64,000 nt of DNA from Eikenella sp. (GTDB lineage Bacteria; Pseudomonadota; Gammaproteobacteria; Burkholderiales; Neisseriaceae), in NCBI GenBank assembly GCA_030528345.1, contig JAUMZB010000002.1, positions 39,456-103,455 on the forward strand, written 5' to 3'. The notes beneath the pieces were generated by a model. It worked only from the letters and a program-made list of their open reading frames with translations. It made no database searches and had not been told where the DNA came from. Below, piece by piece: positions 21,720-31,210 of this stretch. How positions within the stretch are numbered: position 1 is the first letter of the stretch; each line of letters begins with the position of its first letter. The position numbers were made by a program, and so were the translations under genes.

Positions 21720-22724
21720 TTACTGCCCCGCGAAAGGAGCCACCTGCGCCCATGCCTCCAGAATCAGCTGCGGCCGGTTCGGTTTCAACAGCGCCGCGTC
21801 CGACAGCATCCGCCGCCATGCGCGCGCGTTTTTCAAGCCGTGCATCAAGCCCAAATAATGGCGGGCCATGTGGCGCACCGTGGTGCCGCGGCCGGCGGCA
21901 ATCTGCGCCGCCATATAGCGGTAGAGCTTGTCCACCAGTTCGGCATGGGTGGTTTCAGGTAGCCTGCTGCCGTAAAAACGCTGATCCCAATCGCGCATGA
22001 TCATCGGGTTGTGGTAACACTCGCGCCCCACCATCACGCCGTCCGCCTGCAGCAGGTGGGCGGCAATCTGCTCATTGTCGGTGATGCCGCCGTTGATGAT
22101 GATTTCCAACTCGGGAAACTCGCGTTTCAAGCGGTACACATATTCGTATTTGAGGGGCGGCACATCGCGGTTTTCTTTGGGCGACAGGCCGTCCAGCCAG
22201 GCATTGCGGGCATGCACGATAAAGGTGCGGCAGGCCGTTTTCCGCGCCAGGATGCCGACAAAATCGGCCACGGTTTGGTATTCGGTTTGCCGGTCCACGC
22301 CGATGCGGTGCTTCACCGTCACCTCGCACTCGGGCGCGGCCTCCTGCATGGCATTCAAACAATCGACCACCAAATCCGCCTCCTGCATCAAACAGGCGCC
22401 GAACGCGCCTTTTTGCACCCGCGGGCTGGGGCAGCCGCAGTTGAGGTTGATTTCGTCATAAGCGTAGGCCGCCGCCTTTTTGGCCGCCGCCGCCAGCAGA
22501 GCCGGATCGCTGCCGCCCAACTGCAGGGCCACCGGCTGCTCGCATTCGTCTTTCAGCAGAAAACGCGCTTCGTCGCCGTACACCACCGCACCGGCATTGA
22601 TCATCTCGGTGTAGAGCCAGGTATGGCGGCTGATTTGGCGCGCCATATAGCGGTAATGGCGGTCGGTCCAATCGAGCATGGGGGCAACGCACAAACGGCG
22701 CGGCGGCAGATTCGGTTTGGTCAT
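21720..22724 (-). CDS. dusA: tRNA-dihydrouridine(20/20a) synthase
   Basis: 334 aa. The LNCGCP FMN-site motif and CVAPMLDWTDRHYR are consistent with DusA. Confidence 0.9.
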   Translation of the reverse strand: MTKPNLPPRRLCVAPMLDWTDRHYRYMARQISRHTWLYTEMINAGAVVYGDEARFLLKDECEQPVALQLGGSDPALLAAAAKKAAAYAYDEINLNCGCPSPRVQKGAFGACLMQEADLVVDCLNAMQEAAPECEVTVKHRIGVDRQTEYQTVADFVGILARKTACRTFIVHARNAWLDGLSPKENRDVPPLKYEYVYRLKREFPELEIIINGGITDNEQIAAHLLQADGVMVGRECYHNPMIMRDWDQRFYGSRLPETTHAELVDKLYRYMAAQIAAGRGTTVRHMARHYLGLMHGLKNARAWRRMLSDAALLKPNRPQLILEAWAQVAPFAGQ

Positions 22725-22792
22725 GGGCGAAGCGTGCTTGAAAAAGCGGGCGATTGTAGCGGAGGCGGCAGACAGAGGCTACCTGAAAGCGC

Positions 22793-23344
22793 TTAACGCG
22801 CCAAACGTTTCAAACGGGCCTCCAGACGGGCGGCATCGTCGCGCAGGGTTTCCACCGCTTCGGCAAACGGCGCGAAGGTGTCGCGATGGACGGCCACGGT
22901 ATCGTCGTGGCGGCGCACATAATCGCTGACGCTGTCGAACATGCCCTGCTTCACATCCGCCCAATCGCTGCGGATTTGGCGGCCGGCGGCTTGCGCCTGT
23001 TCGGCGGCCGTTTCGCCGAACAGGCGGCGGATGTCTTGTGCGGCGTGGTAGCGCAAACCGCCGATCAAAGGCAGCAGCGCCATGCCCAGCGCATGGTCGC
23101 CCGCCACCTCGATGTCGTCCACGCCGGGCGTCTGTCCCTGAAGCACTTTCTGCACCGCGCTGTTGCGAAAGCACAGCACGGTTTCGGGAGCCCCTTGGGC
23201 AGCGGCCAGATAACCTTCCGCCGAAATCACGGCGCACAAACGCCAGCCGGCGGCGGCCAGCTCGAAGCGGCGGCCGCCGTGGGCGGTCAAGGCGCGGCGC
23301 GTTTCGGGGTGTTGGGCAATCAGGTGGTTGAGGATCGGATACAT
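22793..23344 (-). CDS. ubiJ: SCP2-domain protein, UbiJ-like ubiquinone biosynthesis accessory factor
   Basis: 183 aa. N-terminal SCP2-like region and C-terminal coiled coil (AARLEARLKRL), similar in architecture to E. coli UbiJ/YigP. Confidence 0.5.
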   Translation of the reverse strand: MYPILNHLIAQHPETRRALTAHGGRRFELAAAGWRLCAVISAEGYLAAAQGAPETVLCFRNSAVQKVLQGQTPGVDDIEVAGDHALGMALLPLIGGLRYHAAQDIRRLFGETAAEQAQAAGRQIRSDWADVKQGMFDSVSDYVRRHDDTVAVHRDTFAPFAEAVETLRDDAARLEARLKRLAR

Positions 23345-23372
23345 GATCTGCTTTCAGGTAGCCTGAACGGCT

Positions 23373-23915
23373 TTATTCGGTGCGGAAATCGGGATCGACT
23401 TGCCGCCAGGCGCGCTCGATTTGCAGGCGGGCGCGCTTGAACTCGGCTTCGGTATAACGCACCCCCAAAGACTGCACTTGGCCGGCAATCAAAGCGGTGA
23501 GCCGCCCTTGTTTGCGCAGCAGCGACTGCCCGGTCGGAGAATCATAAAAAGCCAGCAACGCATCCACTTCCTCTTGGCTATAAATCTCCCGCACCGCCTG
23601 CGCGAAGACGGCTTTCATTTCACGGTGCAGCTCGGGCGAACCGATCGCCCGCTGCACCGCCTGGTCAATCAAAGGAAACACCGTTTTGCGCCAAGCATTC
23701 TGCTGCACCTCGGAATAACCGCGACGTTGCAAATCGTTCCGGAACTGCTCCGCCATCAAGGCGGACATGGCCGGTAGCAATTCGCTCAAGCCGGCCTCCA
23801 TATTCTGCACCGCCATCAGCCGCGCCACCGACTCCTCGCTCGGCGGCCGGGCGGCGGCAGGCACAGCCAGCAGCAAACCCAAAACAGACACACCGGCAGC
23901 CAACCATTTGTTCAT
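23373..23915 (-). CDS. DUF2059-family secreted protein
   Basis: Signal peptide (MNKWLAAGVSVLGLLLAVPAAA) followed by a helical DUF2059-like domain (..FYDSPTGQSLL..). Confidence 0.55.
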   Translation of the reverse strand: MNKWLAAGVSVLGLLLAVPAAARPPSEESVARLMAVQNMEAGLSELLPAMSALMAEQFRNDLQRRGYSEVQQNAWRKTVFPLIDQAVQRAIGSPELHREMKAVFAQAVREIYSQEEVDALLAFYDSPTGQSLLRKQGRLTALIAGQVQSLGVRYTEAEFKRARLQIERAWRQVDPDFRTE

Positions 23916-23942
23916 TTCAACTCCTTATTCTCTGAATCACAA

Positions 23943-24088
23943 CCTGAGACCTTATATATTGAAATTCCCAGATGCGGAGGCATCTCGAGGCACAGCAGCG
24001 CAGCGAGTGCAGCCCCATCATGAAGATAGATACCCCCTAAAGCATAAACGCACAACGCAGGAATGCGCCGCAGACGGGCAAAGGTCTC
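23943..24088. repeat. MITE-like repeat, family A (degenerate copy)
   Basis: Ends gagacctt... / ...gcaaaggtctc, with an internal cagcagcgcagcgagtg core shared with the other copies. Confidence 0.55.
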
Positions 24089-24180
24089 CATTTCGGAAAC
24101 CGTTTGTTTCCGTACAATGGCTACAGAGAGGCGTTAGAGAAGGGCACCGATAAAATCCCCATCACCAACAGATTCTAGGG

Positions 24181-24240
24181 CGTATCGTCATCATGCTTGC
24201 GAAGCTAAAATACCGCCGCAACGCTTGGTGACGACCCGCC
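24181..24240. repeat. mini-copy of the family B repeat (termini cgtatcgtcatcatgcttg ... ataccgccgcaacgcttggtgacgac)
   Basis: Its termini match those of the 39620-39860 element. Confidence 0.4.
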
Positions 24241-24681
24241 CTAAGTACGGGGGTTTTGAAAAGGTTTTAATTCTTCGATGATGATGTCCAAAGCCTGATA
24301 TAGATTCGCTATTGGTTCTTGGCCGATTTTTCCCGCAATGCTTTGGTATTCCTGAGCAATACGTTCTTTTGCCTGGGTATAGAGCTGTCGGGCCTGATCG
24401 GTCAGATGGATGCGGATGCGGCGCTGATCCGCCATCGGAATCTTTTCAATCAAGCCCAACTCTTCCATACGCTTCAGCATGCCGGCCATGCTGGGACTGA
24501 GAATCAGGCATTGTTCGCACAACTGGCGCGGCTCCAAATCGCCTTGCTCGGCCAGAGCCCGGATAATACGCCATTGCTGCTCGGTAACGCCAAACTCATT
24601 GAGTATGGGGCGAAATTGAGTCATAAAGCTTTCCCGGGCCTTATATAGCAACATGGGTAGGTTACGGTATTCTTGGCTCAT
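24241..24681 (-). CDS. hpaR: MarR-family homoprotocatechuate-degradation operon regulator
   Basis: 147 aa from MSQEYRNL. The segment FRPILNEFGVTEQQWRIIRAL aligns with E. coli HpaR (FRPIVKRHNLTEQQWRIVRIL). The ORF track extends upstream to 24954. Confidence 0.7.
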   Translation of the reverse strand: MSQEYRNLPMLLYKARESFMTQFRPILNEFGVTEQQWRIIRALAEQGDLEPRQLCEQCLILSPSMAGMLKRMEELGLIEKIPMADQRRIRIHLTDQARQLYTQAKERIAQEYQSIAGKIGQEPIANLYQALDIIIEELKPFQNPRT

Positions 24682-25180
24682 GGCTGAGGGCTGTTGGCGG
24701 CTAACATAATGGCGGTTTTTGATGAAATGTTCCGTCTGCTGCGGCAGTCCCGCAAGGGGTGGCAATGTGCGCAGCCGTGCTTTTACCCGATTACGGATGG
24801 CTTTCCTCGATGGCATCACGGATTGACGAAGCCAAAAACCGCTCATCATACAAATGCCGGCAAAACCTGACTGCCGCCGTATGAGCCAAGCTGCGTTTTT
24901 GCGGCCTGACCTCGCCATCCCGATACAATATAGAAGCGGTGTCCATAAAGCCATATGATTGTGTATAGGGTAGGCTTGATGGACACCATGTCGGCATCTT
25001 ATACCAAACCCAACAAATAAGCCATCATTCAGGCCGGCAGGCTAAAGATGCTCTGGAGGCAGGCACACCACCCTCCCCCGTGTGTGTTTGCATAGCAAAC
25101 CCGCCCTCGGTTTTGCGGGCGGGTTTCGCGGCGAAAAAAGCGCCGCAGATGGGATTTTGCAAAAATCTCAGGTTTGGAAA

Positions 25181-25978
25181 TCAGTATGGCGCCATATTGT
25201 TTTGGGCACCGCCGCCGAATTTGGCCATCAAGGAGACGGCTGCTTGGCGCAGCAGCAGGGTGTCCACCCCCACCAGCATAAAGCTGGCGCCCAGCCGTTC
25301 GTAGGCTTGCGCCACTTGCGGATCTGCCGAAAACACGCCGGCGGCCTTGCCGGCTTGGGCGATGGTTTGAATGGCCTGAGCCACCGCTTGTTGGACATCG
25401 GGATGCGAAGGCTGGCCCAAATGCCCCATGGATGCTGCCAAATCGGAGGGACCGATAAAAACGGCGTCCACGCCGTCCACGGTGGCAATCTCAGCCAAAT
25501 TTGCCAAGCCGGACACCGATTCTATTTGTACAATCAAACACATCTGCCCATCGGCCTGGGCGAAATAATCGGCCACCGCATTCCAGCGGGCGGCACGCGC
25601 CATGGCGGTGCCCACGCCGCGTATGCCTTGGGGCGGGTAGCGTGTGGCGCGCACCAGTGCGGCGGCCTGCCCGGCGGTTTCCACCATCGGAATCATCAGG
25701 GTTTGTGCGCCCACATCCAGCACCCGTTTGATGGTGGCCGGGTTGTGGTCTGCCAGACGCACCACGGCCTGCTGCGCCGGGTAGGCGGCCAATACTTGCA
25801 ACTGGTCGCGTATGCTGCGCACATCGTTGGGGCCGTGTTCGCCATCAATCAATAGCCAGTCAAAACCGGCGGTGGCCACCACTTCGGCCGCATAGGCGTC
25901 CCCCAGCCCCAGGAACAGGCCGATTTGGCGCTGGCGCTCATGCAGTTTTTGCTTGAAGCGATTGACGGGCATATCCAT
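25181..25978 (-). CDS. hpaI: 4-hydroxy-2-oxoheptanedioate (2,4-dihydroxyhept-2-enedioate) aldolase, HpcH/HpaI family
   Basis: 265 aa. Overall similarity to HpcH/HpaI-family class II aldolases (…LFLGLGDAYAAEVVATAGFDWLLIDGEHGPND…) and position immediately downstream of hpaH in the operon. Confidence 0.85.
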   Translation of the reverse strand: MDMPVNRFKQKLHERQRQIGLFLGLGDAYAAEVVATAGFDWLLIDGEHGPNDVRSIRDQLQVLAAYPAQQAVVRLADHNPATIKRVLDVGAQTLMIPMVETAGQAAALVRATRYPPQGIRGVGTAMARAARWNAVADYFAQADGQMCLIVQIESVSGLANLAEIATVDGVDAVFIGPSDLAASMGHLGQPSHPDVQQAVAQAIQTIAQAGKAAGVFSADPQVAQAYERLGASFMLVGVDTLLLRQAAVSLMAKFGGGAQNNMAPY

Positions 25979-25987
25979 AAACGCTCC

Positions 25988-26797
25988 TTATTGGCCGGTG
26001 ACAAAGCGGCAACTGATGCTGCCCAGGGGGCCGTAATCGATATGGAAAGTGTCGTTCGGGCGGATGCGCACCGGGCGGGTAAATGATCCGGCCAGTAAGA
26101 TTTGTCCGGCTTCCAAGGCGATGCCGTAGGGGGCAAATTTTTTGGCCAGCCAGGCAATGCCCTTGGCCGGATGCCCCAGTACCCCGGCGGCAACGCCGGT
26201 TTCTTCGATCACGCCGTTGCGGTACAACAGGGCGGCCACCCAGCGCAAGTCCACTTCGGTGGGTTTGACCGGACGCCCGCCCATGATGATGCCCAAGTTG
26301 GCCGCATTGTCGGAAATGGTGTCCATTACCTTGCGCGGCCGCTTGCTCTCCGGGTCTATCCGGTGGCAGCGGGCATCAATCAGCTCCACGGCAGGCACCA
26401 CATATTCGGTAGCGGAGAGCACGTCGGTCAGGCTGACCTGATCGCCTTGCAAAGGCTGGTGCAAAATAAAGGCGAGTTCTACTTCCAGCATGGGATCGAT
26501 GAAGGAATCCATGGGAATGTCGCTGCCGTCGGCATACAGCATATCGTCCAGCAAGGTGCCGTAATCGGGCTCGTCTATCTGGGACGACTGCTGCATGGCG
26601 CGCGAAGTCAGGCCGATTTTGTGGCCGATGATGCGGCGGCCTTCGGCCAGTTTCAATTGAATCAGGGCGCGTTGGATGGCATAGGCGTCTTCAATGGTGA
26701 TTTCCGGGTGGCTTAAGGAAATCTGGCGTATTTGTACGCCGCTTTTTTCGGCATGATACAGGCGCTCGGCTGCTGCTTTAATCTCTGCTTCTTGCAT
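25988..26797 (-). CDS. hpaH: 2-oxo-hept-4-ene-1,7-dioate hydratase
   Basis: [27 protein letters not shown]... is typical HpaH/MhpD-family hydratase. Start set at the internal Met. Confidence 0.85.
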   Translation of the reverse strand: MQEAEIKAAAERLYHAEKSGVQIRQISLSHPEITIEDAYAIQRALIQLKLAEGRRIIGHKIGLTSRAMQQSSQIDEPDYGTLLDDMLYADGSDIPMDSFIDPMLEVELAFILHQPLQGDQVSLTDVLSATEYVVPAVELIDARCHRIDPESKRPRKVMDTISDNAANLGIIMGGRPVKPTEVDLRWVAALLYRNGVIEETGVAAGVLGHPAKGIAWLAKKFAPYGIALEAGQILLAGSFTRPVRIRPNDTFHIDYGPLGSISCRFVTGQ

Positions 26798-26819
26798 AAG
26801 GCATCCTTTGGTGGCCGGT

Positions 26820-27212
26820 TTAACGGTAGCGGTCGTGCAGATTGTTTTGTTTCCAGGTGCCGTTGCCAAATTCGGAGTATTCCAGCGACAAGGCCAGCCC
26901 CCGCTGCTTGAACGCTTCGGCAAAGTGCGCGCTCATCAGGGCAAACAGATCATCACACACTTTTTGCAGTTGCTCCGGCGTGCGGCCGCGGCCAATTTTC
27001 AAATGCGCATGCACAAAGGCATCGCTGGGCTCTAGCTTTCGGCCGGCGCCGTCGGCAATGGTGTATTCGCGCACGCAATGGGCGCGCACGCGGATGCCGC
27101 CGGTGGGAAACACGCCGCCTTGGGCGATAATCACCTGGGCGGATTTGTCCACCAAACCTTGAATGTCTTGGTCGGACAGATTGTCGCTGTATTCGTAAAT
27201 CAGATGTGGCAT
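26820..27212 (-). CDS. hpaF: 5-carboxymethyl-2-hydroxymuconate isomerase
   Basis: 130 aa, [12 protein letters not shown]..., CHMI family. Confidence 0.85.
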   Translation of the reverse strand: MPHLIYEYSDNLSDQDIQGLVDKSAQVIIAQGGVFPTGGIRVRAHCVREYTIADGAGRKLEPSDAFVHAHLKIGRGRTPEQLQKVCDDLFALMSAHFAEAFKQRGLALSLEYSEFGNGTWKQNNLHDRYR

Positions 27213-27221
27213 GGCTTTCTT

Positions 27222-28106
27222 TCAAATCCGAATGTCGATTTCGGCGCGATTGACGGGCAATACCGGGAAAATGGCATTGATTTGGCCGGTACCGGAGGAA
27301 GGGAAATAAGGCGTGACCACCTCCACCTTGCCGCGGTAGCTGTCCCAACCCATGGCGCCCAGCAACATGGCCGTATCGTGCATCATGCCTTCGCCGTAGC
27401 ATTTTTCCGCATACATAGGCAGCATATTGCAAAAGGTCGGCCAGTCGCCGCTTTCCCACAGCTTGACCACATACTCGTCGACGGAACCCAAAAACGGATC
27501 CCAAATCTTGTGGAAAAACGCGTCGCCGCTGCCGTTTTGGGCAAAACGGTGCGACAAAGACCCGCTGGCAAAAATGGCCACATTGCCGGCGTATTTTTCT
27601 TCCACCGCCTGACGCACGGCCAGCCCCAGCTTGGCGCTGTCTGCCAGGCTGTGCACCTGGCACATGGCGGAAATCGAGATCACGCGGTAATGCTTGTCGC
27701 CGTTCATATAGCGCATCGGCACCAGCGTGCCGTATTCCGGCCCCAAGCTGGTATCGGCATGCGCGCGCGTGTGCACGCCCATGTGGTTGGCGCATTCGGC
27801 AATCATTGCCCCCAATTCTGGATTGCCGGGGTAGTCGTAGGGCATGTTTTTAATAAAGTGCGGCAACTCGTTGCTGGTATAAATGCCCTCAAAATGGGGC
27901 GCACAATTGATGTGGTAGCCGCTGTTCACCAGCCAATGGGTGTCGAACACCACAATGGTGTCCACCCCCAAGGCACGGCAACGGCGGTCGATTTCATGAT
28001 GGCCGTCGATCGCCTTTTGGCGGCAGCCTTTGTGCGGCCCGTCCAACTCAGATAAATACATGGAGGGCACATGGGTGATTTTGGCGGCCAAAGAGAGGGT
28101 ACCCAT
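27222..28106 (-). CDS. hpaD: 3,4-dihydroxyphenylacetate 2,3-dioxygenase (LigB-type extradiol dioxygenase)
   Basis: 294 aa from MGTLSLAAKITHVPSMY, with HpaD/LigB class III extradiol dioxygenase similarity. Confidence 0.85.
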   Translation of the reverse strand: MGTLSLAAKITHVPSMYLSELDGPHKGCRQKAIDGHHEIDRRCRALGVDTIVVFDTHWLVNSGYHINCAPHFEGIYTSNELPHFIKNMPYDYPGNPELGAMIAECANHMGVHTRAHADTSLGPEYGTLVPMRYMNGDKHYRVISISAMCQVHSLADSAKLGLAVRQAVEEKYAGNVAIFASGSLSHRFAQNGSGDAFFHKIWDPFLGSVDEYVVKLWESGDWPTFCNMLPMYAEKCYGEGMMHDTAMLLGAMGWDSYRGKVEVVTPYFPSSGTGQINAIFPVLPVNRAEIDIRI

Positions 28107-28107
28107 T

Positions 28108-29562
28108 TCACACCCCCCAGCGCGGAATCGGGTGGCTGCCGTAAGAGACGGCCACGTTTTTGGCTTCGCAGAAGGCTTCGTAGCTGTAATGATTGCCTTC
28201 GCGGCCGGTGCCGGAGGCTTTGGTGCCGCCGAAGGGCTGGCGCAAGTCGCGCACATTCTGGCTGTTGACAAAAGTCATGCCCGCATCGATGGCTTTGGCC
28301 AGGCGCAACATGCGGCCGGTGTTTTCCGTCCATAAATAAGACGACAGGCCATAAGGGGTATCGTTGGCAATCTGTAGCGCCTCTTCTTCGGTTTTAAAAG
28401 GAATAATGCACGGCACCGGTCCGAAAATTTCGTCCTGGGCGATGCTCATTTTGTTGTCGACATCGGCAAACACCGTGGGCGCCACCCAGAAGCCGTCTTT
28501 AAATTCGGGCGCCACTTCGGGCGTGTGGCCGCCCAACACCATGCGCGCCCCTTCGCGCTGGCCGGCTTCGATATAGCCGGTCACTTTCTGCCAGTGCGCC
28601 TGGCTGATCATGGGGCCGATAATGGTTTGCGGGTCTTGCGGATCGCCCAGCGTCAATTTGGCGGCGCGCGCAACAAAATCGGCCACGAATTTGTCGTAAA
28701 TGCTGCGTTCCACCAAAATGCGGGAGCCGGCGGTGCAGCGTTGGCCGTTATTGGAGAAAATCATGAATAAGGCGGCATCCAGCGCCCGTTCGTAATCGGC
28801 ATCCGCAAAAATGATGAACGGTGATTTGCCGCCCAATTCCATGGAGAATTTTTTCAGGCCGGCCGCACGGATGATGCGCTCGCCGGTAACCGTGGAGCCG
28901 GTAAAGGAGATGGCGCGCACATCGGGGTGCGACACCAGAGGCTCGCCGGCCTCCGTGCCGTAACCGTGCACCAGATTGAAGACCCCGTCGGGCACGCCTG
29001 CTTCTTGGATCAATTCCCCCAAGCGGGTGACGGTCATGGGCGAGAGCTCCGACATTTTCATGACTGCGGTATTGCCCAAAGCCAAGCAGGGCGCCGTTTT
29101 CCAGGTAGCCGTCATAAACGGCACATTCCACGGCGAAATCAGGGCGCAAACGCCCACCGGCCGCCATAGGGTGTAGTTGAGGTGGCCGGTATCCGAATCA
29201 TAGGTTTCGCCGTGCTGGTGTTGCATCAGCTCGGCAAAATAGTAGAAATTGTCGGCCGCGCGCGGAATCAGGGCTTTTTGGGTTTGGCCGATGACCTGGC
29301 CGCAGTCCTCGGTTTCCATGGCCGCCAGCTCGGGGACGTTTTTCACAATCAAATCGCCCACATTGCGCATCAGACGCGCGCGCTCTTTGGCCGGGGTGGC
29401 CGCCCAAGCCGGGAAGGCCGCCTTGGCTGCGGCAACGGCCGCATTCACTTCTTTGCGCCCGCCACGGGCGGCATGGGCAATCACTTTGCCGGTGGCCGGG
29501 TTGATAACTGCAAATGTTTCCGGGCTCTCTACCTGCCGGCCATTGATTAAATGCTTGATCAT
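28108..29562 (-). CDS. hpaE: 5-carboxymethyl-2-hydroxymuconate semialdehyde dehydrogenase
   Basis: 484 aa from MIKHLINGRQVESPETFAVINPATG. ALDH superfamily, positioned between hpaG and hpaD as in hpa operons. Confidence 0.85.
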   Translation of the reverse strand: MIKHLINGRQVESPETFAVINPATGKVIAHAARGGRKEVNAAVAAAKAAFPAWAATPAKERARLMRNVGDLIVKNVPELAAMETEDCGQVIGQTQKALIPRAADNFYYFAELMQHQHGETYDSDTGHLNYTLWRPVGVCALISPWNVPFMTATWKTAPCLALGNTAVMKMSELSPMTVTRLGELIQEAGVPDGVFNLVHGYGTEAGEPLVSHPDVRAISFTGSTVTGERIIRAAGLKKFSMELGGKSPFIIFADADYERALDAALFMIFSNNGQRCTAGSRILVERSIYDKFVADFVARAAKLTLGDPQDPQTIIGPMISQAHWQKVTGYIEAGQREGARMVLGGHTPEVAPEFKDGFWVAPTVFADVDNKMSIAQDEIFGPVPCIIPFKTEEEALQIANDTPYGLSSYLWTENTGRMLRLAKAIDAGMTFVNSQNVRDLRQPFGGTKASGTGREGNHYSYEAFCEAKNVAVSYGSHPIPRWGV

Positions 29563-29590
29563 AGGGTTACCCTTGTTGTGAATAGATGTA

Positions 29591-31045
29591 TTATGCGTGC
29601 TGGCTGAAATAGTGCGCATCATCGGCAATGGTGTTGCGCAAAACGCCCAAACCTTCGATTTCGGTTTCCACCACATCGCCGGGCCGCACATCGGCCAGCC
29701 CCTCCGGCGTACCGGTCAGAATGATGTCGCCCGGCTGCAGGGTCATGATGGAAGACAGATACGCCACCAGGTCATAAACACTGAAAATCATGTCGCGGGT
29801 GCTGCCCTGCTGGGTGGTTTTGCCATTGACGCGGGTGGTCAGGGCCAGCGCCATCGGGTCGTCAATCTGGTCGGCGCGGGTCAGCCAGGGGCCGATGGGG
29901 GTGGCGTGATCGCGGTTTTTCACCCGCAAATTGGGGCGGTAATAGTTTTCCAGATAATCACGAATGGCATAGTCGTTGACCACGGTATAGCCCAAAATGT
30001 AGTCTTTGGCGGTTTCACGGCTGACATTGCGCGCGGTTTTGCCGATGACCACCGCCAATTCGCATTCATAATGCATGTATTCAACGCCGTCCGGGCGGCG
30101 GGTCAGCGCCTGATGCCCCGTCAGTGTATTGGCGCCTTTTAAAAACACCAGCGGTGTTTCCGGCGCTTTAAAAGCCAGCTCTTTGGCGTGGTCGGCATAA
30201 TTGAGCCCCAAGGCGAATACCGTCCCGGCAGCCAGCGGCGGCAACCATTCCACCGCCGTTGCGGCAAACAGCCGTCCGTCGGCCGTGGCCACTTGGCCGT
30301 CTGCTGCCGGGGTTACCGTGTGGATTTGGCCGTTGATGCGCACACGACCCATGCGGGGCGCGTGCATGCTCAAGCGGTGTTCATGTGTGCATACGGGCGG
30401 GGCAGGCGGGCTGAGGGTGAAATCCAGCGCCCCCAAGCCTTTGGCGGTGATGCGCACCTCATCGGCCGCAGCCGCTTGGCAGGCCTGATACGGCACGCCC
30501 ATCAACAAGACATCGCCTGCATGCAGCGTCATAAACTCGGTCACATCGGCCAACAGCTGTGCCGCATCACGCGACAAATCCGCCAAGCTGCGCGCGCTGA
30601 GCGCCTGACCGTTTACCGCCGTATGAATGCACACATCTTGCAAATCGCCCACCGCCGCCAAGGTTTGTACCTCGCCCAGCAGCAAAGAGCCGTCGAAACA
30701 TTTTTCACGCACCGCCGGCCGGTAATAGCTGTCATGCGGCACGCTTAAATCCACGGCCAAAGCCACGCCCGCCAGCGCTTCCAGCGCCTGTTCCCGACTC
30801 AGGCGGCGGGCGGTTTTGCCCAGCACCAGCGCCACGGTGGCACCCACTTCCAGCGCCTCCGCGCCCGCAGGCAAAACCACCACGCCCGAGGTATTGACGG
30901 TGTTGGCGGGCTTGATATACAGCACCGGCGCTTGGGGCGGCGCCTGATAGGGCGCGGCTGTCAATTGCCCGCCCAAATCGGCCAGGCTTTGCCGGTCATT
31001 TAAAATAAGGCCATAAATGGTGCGCTGAACGCCATTGTGTTGCAT
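29591..31045 (-). CDS. hpaG: bifunctional 2-hydroxyhepta-2,4-diene-1,7-dioate isomerase / 5-oxopent-3-ene-1,2,5-tricarboxylate decarboxylase (two FAH domains)
   Basis: 484 aa. N-terminus RTIYGLILNDRQSL...APPQAPVLYIKPANTV aligns with E. coli HpaG, and the duplicated FAH fold is present. Confidence 0.85.
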   Translation of the reverse strand: MQHNGVQRTIYGLILNDRQSLADLGGQLTAAPYQAPPQAPVLYIKPANTVNTSGVVVLPAGAEALEVGATVALVLGKTARRLSREQALEALAGVALAVDLSVPHDSYYRPAVREKCFDGSLLLGEVQTLAAVGDLQDVCIHTAVNGQALSARSLADLSRDAAQLLADVTEFMTLHAGDVLLMGVPYQACQAAAADEVRITAKGLGALDFTLSPPAPPVCTHEHRLSMHAPRMGRVRINGQIHTVTPAADGQVATADGRLFAATAVEWLPPLAAGTVFALGLNYADHAKELAFKAPETPLVFLKGANTLTGHQALTRRPDGVEYMHYECELAVVIGKTARNVSRETAKDYILGYTVVNDYAIRDYLENYYRPNLRVKNRDHATPIGPWLTRADQIDDPMALALTTRVNGKTTQQGSTRDMIFSVYDLVAYLSSIMTLQPGDIILTGTPEGLADVRPGDVVETEIEGLGVLRNTIADDAHYFSQHA

Positions 31046-31210
31046 AGGTTTTCCATTTCTGTTGGCACGGCGATGCGCCGTTCAATCTGCCCGCGCCCTA
31101 CCCGAGCCAAACGCCTGCTACCGTGTTTTCAGGTAGCCTGCGCGATGGCCGGGCGTGGTGCCAGGGCATACCGTTTAGGGGTGTGTTGAGCGGTTTGCAC
31201 GTCTGCCGGT

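Noticed and set aside
24682-24954. N-terminal 91-codon extension of the hpaR ORF
   Set aside because: HpaR homologues begin near MSQEYRN (alignment to E. coli HpaR). The extension is likely leader or promoter sequence.
31046-31210. Looked for a small gene or sRNA between hpaG and the ALDH
   Set aside because: Contains only a single DUS and no ORF with an RBS. Probably plain intergenic spacer.
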